Shown: in pieces, positions 30,771-40,399 of the stretch | How the letters are laid out: the number at the start of each line of letters is the position of its first letter | How positions within the stretch are numbered: the stretch's first letter is position 1 | Origin: an uncultured delta proteobacterium | GTDB lineage: Bacteria > Desulfobacterota > Binatia > UBA9968 | Assembly: GCA_963737905.1 (NCBI GenBank) | Contig: CAVTUQ010000031.1 | Span: 16,971 to 80,970 of the forward strand | Direction: 5' to 3' | DNA length: 64,000 nucleotides | Made by a program: the position numbers and the translations under genes | Notes under the pieces: model-generated | Database searches by the model: none | What the model saw: the letters and a program-made list of their open reading frames with translations, nothing else | What the model was told of the DNA's origin: nothing

Positions 30771-32426
30771 ATGCTTGGAGGTCATGCAGTCGCTCAGTGT
30801 CTACGCAATGAAGGGGTAAAACACGTCTTTAGCGTGCCTGGCGAAAGCTACATCGCGGTCGTGGATGGACTGGTAGACTTTCCGGAAATCAAACTTATTA
30901 CCAACCGTCAAGAAGGCTGTGCCGCATTCATGGCGGAGGGGTACGCCAAGGCCACACGCAGACCCGGCGTCTGCATCGTCACCCGTGGTCCCGGCGCTAC
31001 CAATGCGAGCATCGCCGTTCATAGCGCCAAGTACGATTCGGTACCGATGGTGCTGCTAGTCGGACAGGTCAGCCGCGGAGCGCGCGGGCGGGAAGCAGGC
31101 CAGGAGATGGATTATGGTCAATTTTTCGGCAGCATCGCCAAGTGGGTTATCGAGATCAACGATCCTAAGCAGATTCCGCGGATTGTGAGCCGCGCATTTC
31201 ACATCGCGCGCACGGGCCGTCCCGGACCGGTGGTTGTGTCACTGCCGCGCGATGTGATCGAACAGAACGCCGAAATATCGATGATCGAGCCGTATCCTGA
31301 AGTAAAGCCCAATCCCGATCCGGCGGCAATTGATACTTTGATCGGGCGCATCAACGCGGCGCGCAAGCCCGTGCTCCTGATCGGGTCAGGGACACAATAT
31401 ACTCGGGCATGGGAAGAGGTGATCGCCTTTGCCGAGAGATTTCAGCTCCCGGTGCTTACTTCCTATAAACGGCAAGATGCCTTTCCGAATAATCATCCCA
31501 ACTACGCCGGCAATCTTTTAACATCGAACAAAGAGGCACAAAGGCTTGCCTACGATGAAAGTGACCTATTGATTGTCCTCGGTTGCAGGCTCAACCAGCA
31601 GACGACGGGCGCCTTTACCTTCCCGCGACCGGGACGGCCGTTTGTGCAGATCGACGCGGACGAGGAGAACATCGGCCAAAACGCGCGCCCGGAAGTGGGC
31701 ATCGTCGCCGACGCCAAACAGACGTTGCTCGCGGCGCTGAAGCATCCAGGACCGCGGCCCAACGAGAATCGCGCTGCGTGGATTGCCGAGCAACACGCTA
31801 AACAAAAACATTTCTGCACACCCAAGGATCGTCCCACACCCAAAGTCTCCATGGAACGGATCATGAAGGACATAAAATCGGCCATGCCCGCCGATGCGAT
31901 CACGACGACCGATGCCGGCAGCTTTGGCCAATGGCCGCAGCGCTACATCGAGTTTGATTATCCGGACTCTTACATTTCACCGACCCTGGGATGCATGGGT
32001 CCCGGCGTGCCTTCCGCAGTGGCCGCCAAGTTGGCGCATCCGGGTCGCACAGTCATCGCCCACGTGGGCGACGGCGGGTTCCTCATGACCGGGCAAGAAA
32101 TGGCCACGGCCAAGCAATACGGCGCGAACATAATTACGATTGTGTACAACAATGAGGGTTACAATTCGATTCGGATGCATCAGGAAGCCCAGTACCCCGG
32201 CCGTCAATACGGGGTCGGCCTAGAGAATCCCGACTTCGCCATCATGGGCGAATCCTACGGCGCGCTGGGTTTGAAAGTCACGCGCGACGAGGAATTCTTG
32301 CCGGCTTTTAGAAAAGCGCTGGCTGCCGATCGCTCGGCGTTGATCGAAGTGCAAACGGACTACGAATACGTGACGCCCTCGGCAACGCTGTCCGAGCTGG
32401 CAGGAAAGAAACTGGCGGGGGATTAG
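30771..32426 (+). CDS. Thiamine diphosphate-dependent enzyme (acetolactate synthase large subunit-like)
   Basis: VPGESY, RQEGCAAFMAEG, TRGPGATN, GDGGFLMTGQE...YNN; GGGAGG RBS. Confidence 0.92.
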   Translation: MLGGHAVAQCLRNEGVKHVFSVPGESYIAVVDGLVDFPEIKLITNRQEGCAAFMAEGYAKATRRPGVCIVTRGPGATNASIAVHSAKYDSVPMVLLVGQVSRGARGREAGQEMDYGQFFGSIAKWVIEINDPKQIPRIVSRAFHIARTGRPGPVVVSLPRDVIEQNAEISMIEPYPEVKPNPDPAAIDTLIGRINAARKPVLLIGSGTQYTRAWEEVIAFAERFQLPVLTSYKRQDAFPNNHPNYAGNLLTSNKEAQRLAYDESDLLIVLGCRLNQQTTGAFTFPRPGRPFVQIDADEENIGQNARPEVGIVADAKQTLLAALKHPGPRPNENRAAWIAEQHAKQKHFCTPKDRPTPKVSMERIMKDIKSAMPADAITTTDAGSFGQWPQRYIEFDYPDSYISPTLGCMGPGVPSAVAAKLAHPGRTVIAHVGDGGFLMTGQEMATAKQYGANIITIVYNNEGYNSIRMHQEAQYPGRQYGVGLENPDFAIMGESYGALGLKVTRDEEFLPAFRKALAADRSALIEVQTDYEYVTPSATLSELAGKKLAGD

Positions 32427-32551
32427 AGACAGCCAACACTGAAGGGTCAAACGCGAGTGTTCTGTTAGCAACAAGAAAAATTTTGCCGAGACTAACACCG
32501 ACAATAATTTCTCCCCTTTGAAGAAATTCTACGAGAAAGGAGACCGGTGTC

Positions 32552-33598
32552 ATGAAGGATACTAATTTCATCATCTTGGCTCTTTTGCTGTTGTCGTCAG
32601 AGGCATGGGCGCAAGCGCAGAAGCCAGCGTCGATCGCGGAGCTTGCGAGCTACCGTGGGGCCGATCGCGAACAGGTTCTTTATGCTGGGGCAAAGACCGA
32701 AGGTAAAATAATCTGGTACACGTCTCTGGCCGGCGACTCGTACAAAGAAATGGTCAAAGCGTTCGAAGCCAGGTATCCAGGGATCAAGGTTGAATCGTTT
32801 CGGGCCCCAGGAGCTGATTTGGTTGTCCGGCTGGAAGAAGAGGCCAAAGCAGGGCGTAATATCGCGGACACCATTGAGACAACTGAGGGGAGCCTTATAT
32901 TTCTGCGCGACGAGAAACTGCTTCGTCCCTATGATTCGCTGTACCTGGACAAATATCCGGAAGACGGAAAGGAGCGAGCCAGTAAGAACCTCGTTTATTG
33001 GGCCCTAGCCAGAGAATCTTATATTGGTTTGACTTACAACACGACGCTTGTACCCAAAGACGCGGTCCCGAAGAATTTCGACGGTCTTTTTCATCCGCAA
33101 CTCAAGGGGAAAATGGGCATCAGCATCGGCCAGACAAGTGACAAAATCATCGGCGCCATGATTAAAACCAAAGGGGAAGAGACGGTTAAAAAGCTCAAAG
33201 GGCAGGAGATAAAGCTTTATTCGATCGAGGCCCCGGCGCTCGTCAACAACATCGCCGCAGGGGAGATCGTCGCGTCTCCGGCGATATTTCAGACCCACAC
33301 CTTGCTCGCGGCATCCAAGGGAGCGCCGGTGGAGTGGGTTCCTATGGATCTTGTGCCGACCAATGTGGGCAGCGCCGCCATCGCGGCCAATCCGCCCCAT
33401 CCCCATGGGGCGTTGCTCATGGCAGATTTTCTTCTTAGTCCTGAGGGACAGGGGGTGCTGGAAAAATTTTACTACGGCAGCGGCACGAAAGAGTATGGAT
33501 TCAAAAAGTGGCGTCCCGAACATGGTTTGACGACAGACCAGTATGAGAAAGAACTGAATCGCTGGGACAAATTATTGCATTCGATTACTCGCAAGTAA
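32552..33598 (+). CDS. Extracellular solute-binding protein (Fe3+/polyamine-type SBP)
   Basis: Signal peptide; AKTEGKIIWYTS, FEARYPGIKV, PHPHGALLMADFLLSPEGQ. Confidence 0.88.
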   Translation: MKDTNFIILALLLLSSEAWAQAQKPASIAELASYRGADREQVLYAGAKTEGKIIWYTSLAGDSYKEMVKAFEARYPGIKVESFRAPGADLVVRLEEEAKAGRNIADTIETTEGSLIFLRDEKLLRPYDSLYLDKYPEDGKERASKNLVYWALARESYIGLTYNTTLVPKDAVPKNFDGLFHPQLKGKMGISIGQTSDKIIGAMIKTKGEETVKKLKGQEIKLYSIEAPALVNNIAAGEIVASPAIFQTHTLLAASKGAPVEWVPMDLVPTNVGSAAIAANPPHPHGALLMADFLLSPEGQGVLEKFYYGSGTKEYGFKKWRPEHGLTTDQYEKELNRWDKLLHSITRK

Positions 33599-33715
33599 AA
33601 GAAATCATCGCAGAGTCACTAGAGTGCGCAGAGTGAAATGTCGGCATTCGCATTTTTCCATCTCGGCGTCCTCCGCTCGTCCGCGGTGAATAACCCAGGA
33701 CAAGGAGAGCCGCCA

Positions 33716-34798
33716 ATGAACAACCTACGTATTATTGACGCCGACGGACATGTACAAGAACGGGATGCCAACTGGCAGGATCTCTTAGACCCGCCGTATC
33801 GAAACCAGGCGCCGGCGATGGTGGAATTCAACGGCCGCAAGCATCTCTTGTTGGAAGGAAAGGTCTGGGCGAAGCCGAGCGGCATCGGCTGCGGCATCGG
33901 CACCGCGCCGATTACTCGCAGGCCACAGTCGACCACCGGTATGTTCGATCCGGTACAACGCATAAAAGACATGGATATGGAAGGCATCGACACGGCGGTC
34001 AACTTTGGAACCACGGTGTTCCTGAGTCTGCCATTTCTAGAGAATCATGACCTCGCTTGCGCCATCGCGCGAGGGTACAACACGTGGCTCGCGGGTTATT
34101 GCCGGACCGATCCCAGGCGGTTGAAGGGGGTTGCCTTGGTCGCGATGCAAGAGCCGGCAGAAGCGGTCAAAGAGCTGACGCGTTGCGTGAAAGAGTTGGG
34201 GTTTGTCGGCGTCGCCGTCGCTGGACACTCCGCCGGGAGAAATCTCGATCATCCTGACTTTTATCCGTTCTATGCGAAAGCCGAGGAGCTCGGCGTACCG
34301 GTCTGTGTCCATGTCGGCTCGGGCCGCCCGGCTGCGGCGGCGGAACGATTCGACAATCCGTTTTTCGTTCACGCCACGACACACGCATTCGAACAAATGA
34401 TCGGCGTCATGTGCATCGTCGGAGGCGGTATTCTCGAACGGTATCCAAAGTTGAAAGTGGTGTTTTTGGAAGCCGGCGCGGGTTGGGTACCCTATTGGAT
34501 GGAGCGGTTGGATGAGCATTATGAATACATGGCGCCCGCCGTCCCGCTGATGAAAAAACCCTTTAGCGATTATATGCGCAGCGAACAGGTTTACTATTCG
34601 TTTGAGCCGGACGAACACACGTTGAACTTTGTCATGGATTACGTCGGCGAAGATCGTTTGGTATTCGCATCGGACTACAATCACGGCGACAGCAAATTTC
34701 CGCACACCGTCGAAGCTGTGACCGGCCGCAAGAATTTGAGCGAGAGTCAGATGCATAAATTAATGGGGGACAACGCCGCGCGGCTGTACAATCTTTGA
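33716..34798 (+). CDS. Amidohydrolase family protein
   Basis: IIDADGHVQE, YNTWLA, PVCVH, LEAGAGW, FASDYNH; AAGGAG RBS. Confidence 0.92.
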   Translation: MNNLRIIDADGHVQERDANWQDLLDPPYRNQAPAMVEFNGRKHLLLEGKVWAKPSGIGCGIGTAPITRRPQSTTGMFDPVQRIKDMDMEGIDTAVNFGTTVFLSLPFLENHDLACAIARGYNTWLAGYCRTDPRRLKGVALVAMQEPAEAVKELTRCVKELGFVGVAVAGHSAGRNLDHPDFYPFYAKAEELGVPVCVHVGSGRPAAAAERFDNPFFVHATTHAFEQMIGVMCIVGGGILERYPKLKVVFLEAGAGWVPYWMERLDEHYEYMAPAVPLMKKPFSDYMRSEQVYYSFEPDEHTLNFVMDYVGEDRLVFASDYNHGDSKFPHTVEAVTGRKNLSESQMHKLMGDNAARLYNL

Positions 34799-34868
34799 GG
34801 TCGTTCAAGTCGTTCAAACCGTTCCAATCGTTCAAGCCGTAGGTCATGAATCACAGGTCGGAGGTCGG

Positions 34869-35867
34869 ATGAACAAAAAGATTCTCTGTCTGGTGCTGTC
34901 TTCGTTGTTTATAGGTTGGCACGCGGGCTATGCTCAAAACAAGCCGTTTAAGAAAATCATCTGGGGAGTCACTTCGCTTTCAGCGTCGCAGTGGATCCCC
35001 TGGATCGCCAAGGACGCCAAGATCTATGAGAAGTATGGGCTCGACACCGAGCTTGTCCTGCTGCGCGGCTCGGGACAATCCGCCCAGGCGATTATCGCCA
35101 ATAGCATTCTCGCCGCGCCTTGCACCTTGACCACCGTGATGGGCGCGGACTTGAGCGGAGCTGATCTCGTGACTGTGGCCCATACGGTTCCAGGGGTGCA
35201 AAGCAAGTTGCTGGTTAAACCGGAGATCAAACGGCCGCAAGATCTGAAAGGCAAAAAACTAGCCGTCTCCGGCTTCGGGTCTCTGGGGGATTTTCTCGAA
35301 CGTTACATTTTAAAGAAATATGGGCTGGAGCCTGGCCGAGACGTCATCATGCTTTCCATTGGGAACCAACCGGAAAGAATCCAGGCTCTGGAAACGGGAG
35401 CTGTCGATGCCGCGGACCTTTCCTTTCCCGTCGACGTGCAGGCGACGCGCAAAGGATTCAAAGTTTTGTGGGATGCTAAAAAGGAAGTCTCGTATCCGTC
35501 CATGTCGGTGGTGCTGCGGCGCAAATCCATTATCGACGATCGCGACACCGTCATGCGCATGGTCAAGGCCCACGTGGAAGCCATTCAATTTCTAAAAGCG
35601 AACAAGGAAGCCAGCACCAAAATTTTGGGGAAGTATTTAAAAACGAGCGACCGCGAGCTGCTCGACGGGGCATATGAAATTTATCGTGACGACTTTATCT
35701 CAGTTCCGTACCCGATTACGCAGGGATTACAGCCGACCTACGACTACGTCGCGCTCCAGCGGCCTGACATATGGAATCACAAACCCGAAGAGTTCATGGA
35801 CCCGAGTTTCATCGCGGAGCTGGACAAGACCGGCTTTATCAAACGGCTCTCCGAGGGCCAGCGTTAG
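34869..35867 (+). CDS. NMT1/SsuA-type ABC substrate-binding protein
   Basis: Signal peptide; WIAKDAKIYEKYGLD, DLKGKKLAVS, FMDPSFIAELDKTGFI. Confidence 0.9.
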   Translation: MNKKILCLVLSSLFIGWHAGYAQNKPFKKIIWGVTSLSASQWIPWIAKDAKIYEKYGLDTELVLLRGSGQSAQAIIANSILAAPCTLTTVMGADLSGADLVTVAHTVPGVQSKLLVKPEIKRPQDLKGKKLAVSGFGSLGDFLERYILKKYGLEPGRDVIMLSIGNQPERIQALETGAVDAADLSFPVDVQATRKGFKVLWDAKKEVSYPSMSVVLRRKSIIDDRDTVMRMVKAHVEAIQFLKANKEASTKILGKYLKTSDRELLDGAYEIYRDDFISVPYPITQGLQPTYDYVALQRPDIWNHKPEEFMDPSFIAELDKTGFIKRLSEGQR

Positions 35868-35952
35868 CCGACGGCCCCGAGAAATAGCGGGCGGCGACCG
35901 TGGAATTTTTTCGCGGCGTAGGTTAGTTCTAAGGTGAAAGGAGGTTGTTAAG

Positions 35953-37035
35953 ATGCGCATTATTGACGCAGATACCCATATCGATGAGACCGAAGACACT
36001 TGGGAATACATGGAAGAATCTGATTTGCAGTTTAAACCGACTACGGCCTATCCTTCCAACCGCAATCCGAATATGTTGCCGACGCGTTACTGGGTGATCG
36101 ATGGCAAACGCCAGCTACGTTTTATTCGCGGCGACGACGAGTCGGGTACGGTTGTAGAATCAAGGGAACTATTGGATGTGCAGGTTCGGCTCAAACATAT
36201 GGACGAGTTGGGAACCGATATCCAAGTCATCTATCCAACCCTTTTCCTGATGGAGGCCACCGAGCGCCCGGAAGTCTCAATCGCCCTGCGTCGGAGCTAC
36301 AACCGTTGGCTGGCTGACCGCTGTGGCCAATCCAATGGGCGGTTGCGCTGGATCTGTCTTCCCCCTTTGCAGCACATGGATGAAACGCTCAAAGAATTGC
36401 GCTTTGCCAAGGAGCACGGCGCTTGTGGCGTTCTCAAGAAAGGAGATCGTGAGGCCGGAAAATGGCCGGCGGATCCCTATTTCTTCCCTTTCTATGAGGA
36501 AGCAGAACGGCTTGACTTGCCCGTCTGTTTTCATACAGGTTCAGGAATCCCCGATTTCTCGCCGGCACGGGAATTTACTCTCGGGCAGTTCATGCGGACT
36601 AAGGCGGCGGCCGTCAACGGCATCGAGACGATACTCGTGAATAACATTCCAGCAAAGTACCCAAGGCTCCGTTTCGGCTGCATTGAGGCAGGCGCGTCGT
36701 GGGTGTCGTTCGTTGACTATGATCTGCGTAGACGTGTGCAATCGCGGAGCAACCGTATCAGCATACTTGGCGGCCCAAATACTATCCTCGCGAGCAATTT
36801 GTTCAAGGACAACCGTGTCTTCATCACCTGTCAGGTCGATGAGGACCTTCCTTATATTCTGAAATATGTCGGCGAGGACAACCTGATCGTTGGCTCCGAC
36901 TACACGCACCGTGACCCGTCCATGCAACTCGAATTTCGGGAGTTGTTGCAGCAGCGGGCAGATGAAGGAGAGATCCCACAATCCGTGGTGCAGAAGATTC
37001 TTTATGACAATCCAAAAGCGTTTTACGGTCTGTAG
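35953..37035 (+). CDS. Amidohydrolase family protein
   Basis: IIDADTHID, YNRWLAD, PVCFH, IEAGASW, GSDYTH. Confidence 0.92.
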   Translation: MRIIDADTHIDETEDTWEYMEESDLQFKPTTAYPSNRNPNMLPTRYWVIDGKRQLRFIRGDDESGTVVESRELLDVQVRLKHMDELGTDIQVIYPTLFLMEATERPEVSIALRRSYNRWLADRCGQSNGRLRWICLPPLQHMDETLKELRFAKEHGACGVLKKGDREAGKWPADPYFFPFYEEAERLDLPVCFHTGSGIPDFSPAREFTLGQFMRTKAAAVNGIETILVNNIPAKYPRLRFGCIEAGASWVSFVDYDLRRRVQSRSNRISILGGPNTILASNLFKDNRVFITCQVDEDLPYILKYVGEDNLIVGSDYTHRDPSMQLEFRELLQQRADEGEIPQSVVQKILYDNPKAFYGL

Positions 37036-37301
37036 TCCGAAAGAAATTTCACCACGAAGGCCAAGCTGCCCTCAGAACGCAGGGACGGAAATACATCCCG
37101 CAAAGACGCAAAGGCCGCAAAGAAATATAGGGCGGGTTTCCGAACTTCGTGTCCTTCGCTATCTTTGTGGCGAGCAAATTCTCGTTGATCTTGCGGCTAA
37201 GAAAGCCGGATTGCCAAAAGCCAAGTGGAAAACCATTCTGCTCATTGCACTGCGGTGCAATCTCTTACGGTGGCGGCGTTGCAAACCCGCTCTTATCGTT
37301 C

Positions 37302-38282
37302 TTAAACATTCACTCGTTCCATGTCGCGAGTGCGCGGGCCGGCGGCCGCGCCGGGTTTGAAAAGCTTGTCGAGCCGGGCGAGATCGTCTTGGGTCAGTTT
37401 GATGTCGATGGCCTTTAAGTTTTCTTCCAGGTGACGGCGGCTTTTGTTGCTGGGAATCGGGATGATGTCCTTACCCTGGGCTATCAGCCATGCCAATGCC
37501 AGTTGCGCCGGCGTTGCTGATTTCTCTGTAGCTATCCTTTCGAACTCGTCGAGCAATTTCAGGTTGTGCTCGAGGTTGCCGGGCTGAAAGCGCGGGTGGT
37601 GGCTGCGGCCATCGCTTTCGGCAAGGTCCTTGGGATTGTGCACTGCGCCGGCAAAAAAGCCGCGGCCCAACGGGGAATAGGCCATGAAGCCCATGCCGAA
37701 TTCGCGGCAAGCTTGAATATTGCCGCCCTCGGGATCGCGAGACCAAAGTGAATATTCCATCTGCAAGGAGACGATGGGATGCACTTTCCGCGCTCGCCGG
37801 ATGGAGTTTGCGCTGGCTTCCGATAAGCCGATATAACGGGTCTTTCCCTGTTCCACGAGGCGCGCCATGGCGCCGACGGACTCTTCTACCGGTACTTTAG
37901 GATCGACCCGCGACATGCAGAATATGTCGAGGGAGTCGATGCCGAGCCGCTTCACGCTTTGCTCGCAATTCTGCGTGAGATATTCGGGCGAGCTGCCGCT
38001 GCGATTCCCGCTGGCATCGGGGGCGCGCGGGCTGCCGGACTTGGAATGAATAACGATCCGTTCGCGCCTGCCCTTGAGAGCCTTGGCGATCAGTTCGTGG
38101 TTGTGGCCGCTGCCGTAACTGGCCGACGTGTCCAGGAAATTGATTCCCAGATCAAAAGCCCGGTGCAAGGTAGCGATGGACTCGGCATCATCGGCGGGCC
38201 CGTAAGCCCCTGACATGCTCATGCAGCCGACCCCCATGGGTGAAACTTTGAATTCCGTGGTTCCAAATTGGCGGTACTCCAT
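37302..38282 (-). CDS. Aldo/keto reductase
   Basis: MGVGCMSMS, FLDTSASYG, IGLSEAS, EYSLWSR, AYSPLGRG, PAQLALAW. Confidence 0.93.
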   Translation of the reverse strand: MEYRQFGTTEFKVSPMGVGCMSMSGAYGPADDAESIATLHRAFDLGINFLDTSASYGSGHNHELIAKALKGRRERIVIHSKSGSPRAPDASGNRSGSSPEYLTQNCEQSVKRLGIDSLDIFCMSRVDPKVPVEESVGAMARLVEQGKTRYIGLSEASANSIRRARKVHPIVSLQMEYSLWSRDPEGGNIQACREFGMGFMAYSPLGRGFFAGAVHNPKDLAESDGRSHHPRFQPGNLEHNLKLLDEFERIATEKSATPAQLALAWLIAQGKDIIPIPSNKSRRHLEENLKAIDIKLTQDDLARLDKLFKPGAAAGPRTRDMERVNV

Positions 38283-38391
38283 TGCGTGCCCTCCATTGTT
38301 TTCGGGCCCACAGTTATCGCAAATGGAATAACCAAGTCAAATCTTTTGGCTCCAATCCGAAATTCGCTTGATTTTCAACGCCAAAACGCCT

Positions 38392-38421
38392 TTGACACAA
38401 GCATCCGCACCGATTTATAGT
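38392..38421 (+). promoter_or_regulatory. Putative sigma70 promoter of UGSC module 1
   Basis: TTGACA-N18-TATAGT, followed by a GAGGAGG RBS and ATG 38460. Confidence 0.55.
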
Positions 38422-38459
38422 CGGTGTTGTCTTCTTATAACTGAGGAGGAACACTAATC

Positions 38460-39002
38460 ATGATTGTTTTGAGTCCCGAAGGGAAAGCCAAAACTTCTGC
38501 AACCCGTGTCGCCGCGCTGCCGAGGTTCGCAGATCTGAATGGGAAAGTCGTCGGGCTGCTGGACAACAGCAAGCCCAATGCAGACAAACTCGGGGAGCGA
38601 TTCGCTCAACTGTTAAGAGAGCGATTGGATGTCGGAAAGGTTGTCACGCGGCGCAAGATCAGCGCGCAGCAGGGTGCCCCCAAGGAGTATTTAGACGAGC
38701 TCGCGTCCCAGGCTGATTTTATTCTCAGTGGCCTTGGCGATTGAGGGTCCTGCACGTCGTGGAGTATCCACGACTCGATAGAGCTACAAAAGCGCGGCAG
38801 GTTTGCCGTGACGTTAATTACCCACGCTTTCGATGCTTTGGCCAAATCAGAGAAAGAGGCATTTGGCGCGCCGGATCATCCAGTGCTGGTCGTCCAGCAC
38901 CCTATCGGCACGGTGAAGGTGGAAGAAGTCAACAAACGCGCCGATGCTGCTTTCGATCATCTGGTGGAACTCTTGGTCGAGCAAAAGACAGGTAAAGATT
39001 AG
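38460..39002 (+). CDS. UGSC-family selenoprotein, copy 1 (180 aa; Sec at TGA 38742-38744)
   Basis: ORFs 38460..38744 and 38808..39002 are in one frame. Reading through TGA gives ...FILSGLGD-U-GSCTSWSIHDSIELQKRGRFAVTLITHAF... A SECIS-like hairpin follows, and a paralog shows the same arrangement. Confidence 0.9.
38756..38774 (+). promoter_or_regulatory. Putative bacterial SECIS element
   Basis: Perfect 8-bp stem GTCGTGGA-GTA-TCCACGAC starting 11 nt after the TGA; loop begins with G. Confidence 0.8.
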
Positions 39003-39011
39003 GTGCAAGTA

Positions 39012-39091
39012 CAGGTGTCAGGTTTCGGGTTTCAGGCGTCGCAGTAAAGTTTTGAAGTTGAACTGAAACCTGACACCCGACACCTGAAACC
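39012..39091. repeat. Inverted pair of 7-nt tandem arrays (caggtgt/tttcagg ... cctgaaa/cctgaca)
   Basis: caggtgtcaggtttcgggtttcag (39012-35) matches the reverse complement of ctgaaacctgacacccgacacctg (39063-86) at 21/24. Confidence 0.8.
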
Positions 39092-39113
39092 TCGAAGATT
39101 GAACGAGAGCAAC

Positions 39114-40166
39114 ATGGACGCAAGTGCAATGCAATCTGACCGAATCGAAGTTGCCGACGATCTTTGGGCCGTAAATGCCTTCTTCGAAGAGAAGGGTTGG
39201 ACGGACGGCTTGCCGATCATTCCTCCCACGGAAGAGCGGGTGGGGCAGATGATCGCGACGGGGAAACGCAATCCGCAGGACGTGATCGGGGTTGTGCCGC
39301 CTCGCTGGGCGCCGGCGACTGTAGAAAAGATCGCTATCAACGCGGTAATGGCGGGCTGCTTGCCGGAATATATGCCCGTCCTTATCGCGGCGGCGGAGGC
39401 TTTGACCGATCCCAAGCTGAATCTATACGCGCTGCAAGCGACCACGGGCGGACCGGCGATCATGTTGATCGTAAACGGTCCGATCAGAAAACAAATCAAT
39501 ATCAATGGTGGTTCCAATGTTCTCGGGGAAGGCTGGCGCGCCAACGCGACCATCGGCCGTTGCATTCGTCTCATTCAACGGAATATCGGCGGTTCCTATC
39601 CCGGAACCACATGCAAGGCAACACTAGGCTGGCCAGGTAAATACAGTCTCTGCGTTGCGGAAAACGAAGAGGCAAGTCCGTGGGCGCCGCTCCACGTCGA
39701 GCGCGGATTCGCCGCAGGCACGAGCACGGTGACGGCTATCAGCGCGGATAGCTCGGTGCGCGCGTCGGATCTCGACAGCACCAAGGGTGAAGGGATACTC
39801 AGCAATTTCGCCCGCCGGATGGACGGACCGTCGGGACCGGAAGCGATCATGGTGATCTGCCCGGAGCATGCGAAGATTATCGCCGGTGACGGTTTTAGCA
39901 AGGCCGATGTGAAGAAGTTTGTTTGGGAGCGGGCGGGCCATCGCATGAGTGAAGTGCCGGAGGAGACGTTCAACCAGAGGGTAAAGCGCCGGCCGGATTT
40001 GAAGTTGACTCGCGACAGCGTGATTCCAGTTACCGATACGCCGGAAGATATTATCGTCGTGGTAGCTGGCGGTGACGGCTCCCAGTCGCAGTATATCCAC
40101 GTCTGGGGGCAGAGCACGCCGGAAGGCGGTTCGACGCGGTCGGTGACGAAGGCGATACAGCTTTAG
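39114..40166 (+). CDS. Uncharacterised UGSC-partner protein, copy 1 (~350 aa)
   Basis: WTDGLPIIPPT, ATVEKIAINAVMAGCLPEY, ANATIGR, GWPGKY; strongly similar to 50587..51654. Start codon uncertain (39099, 39114 or 39129). Confidence 0.85.
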   Translation: MDASAMQSDRIEVADDLWAVNAFFEEKGWTDGLPIIPPTEERVGQMIATGKRNPQDVIGVVPPRWAPATVEKIAINAVMAGCLPEYMPVLIAAAEALTDPKLNLYALQATTGGPAIMLIVNGPIRKQININGGSNVLGEGWRANATIGRCIRLIQRNIGGSYPGTTCKATLGWPGKYSLCVAENEEASPWAPLHVERGFAAGTSTVTAISADSSVRASDLDSTKGEGILSNFARRMDGPSGPEAIMVICPEHAKIIAGDGFSKADVKKFVWERAGHRMSEVPEETFNQRVKRRPDLKLTRDSVIPVTDTPEDIIVVVAGGDGSQSQYIHVWGQSTPEGGSTRSVTKAIQL

Positions 40167-40399
40167 CTGAAGGTCTCGAGTTTCGGGTTTCGAGTCTCGG
40201 GTTGAAGAACCGCTTGCGCGGATATGGTTCGGATCCAGAAGAGAATTCACCGCGGAGCCGCTGATGGCGCAGAGTAAAGAGTTCTTGATCAAGAAATAGT
40301 CCGATCTCTTGAACTCTGCGTCTCTGCGGTGAAGATCGATTCCGGTTTCGGTATTCCGATTCCGCATTTTGTTTCTGAAGACGATAAGAGGGGAGATTC

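Noticed and set aside
34800-34840. Short repeat arrays as CRISPR
   Set aside because: Units are 7-9 nt, contiguous and degenerate; there are no spacers and no cas genes.
38460-38744. Treating the 94-aa ORF (and 49550..49837) as complete proteins or nonsense pseudogenes
   Set aside because: Homology between the paralogs continues in frame past the TGA, and both have the UxxC motif and a SECIS-like hairpin.
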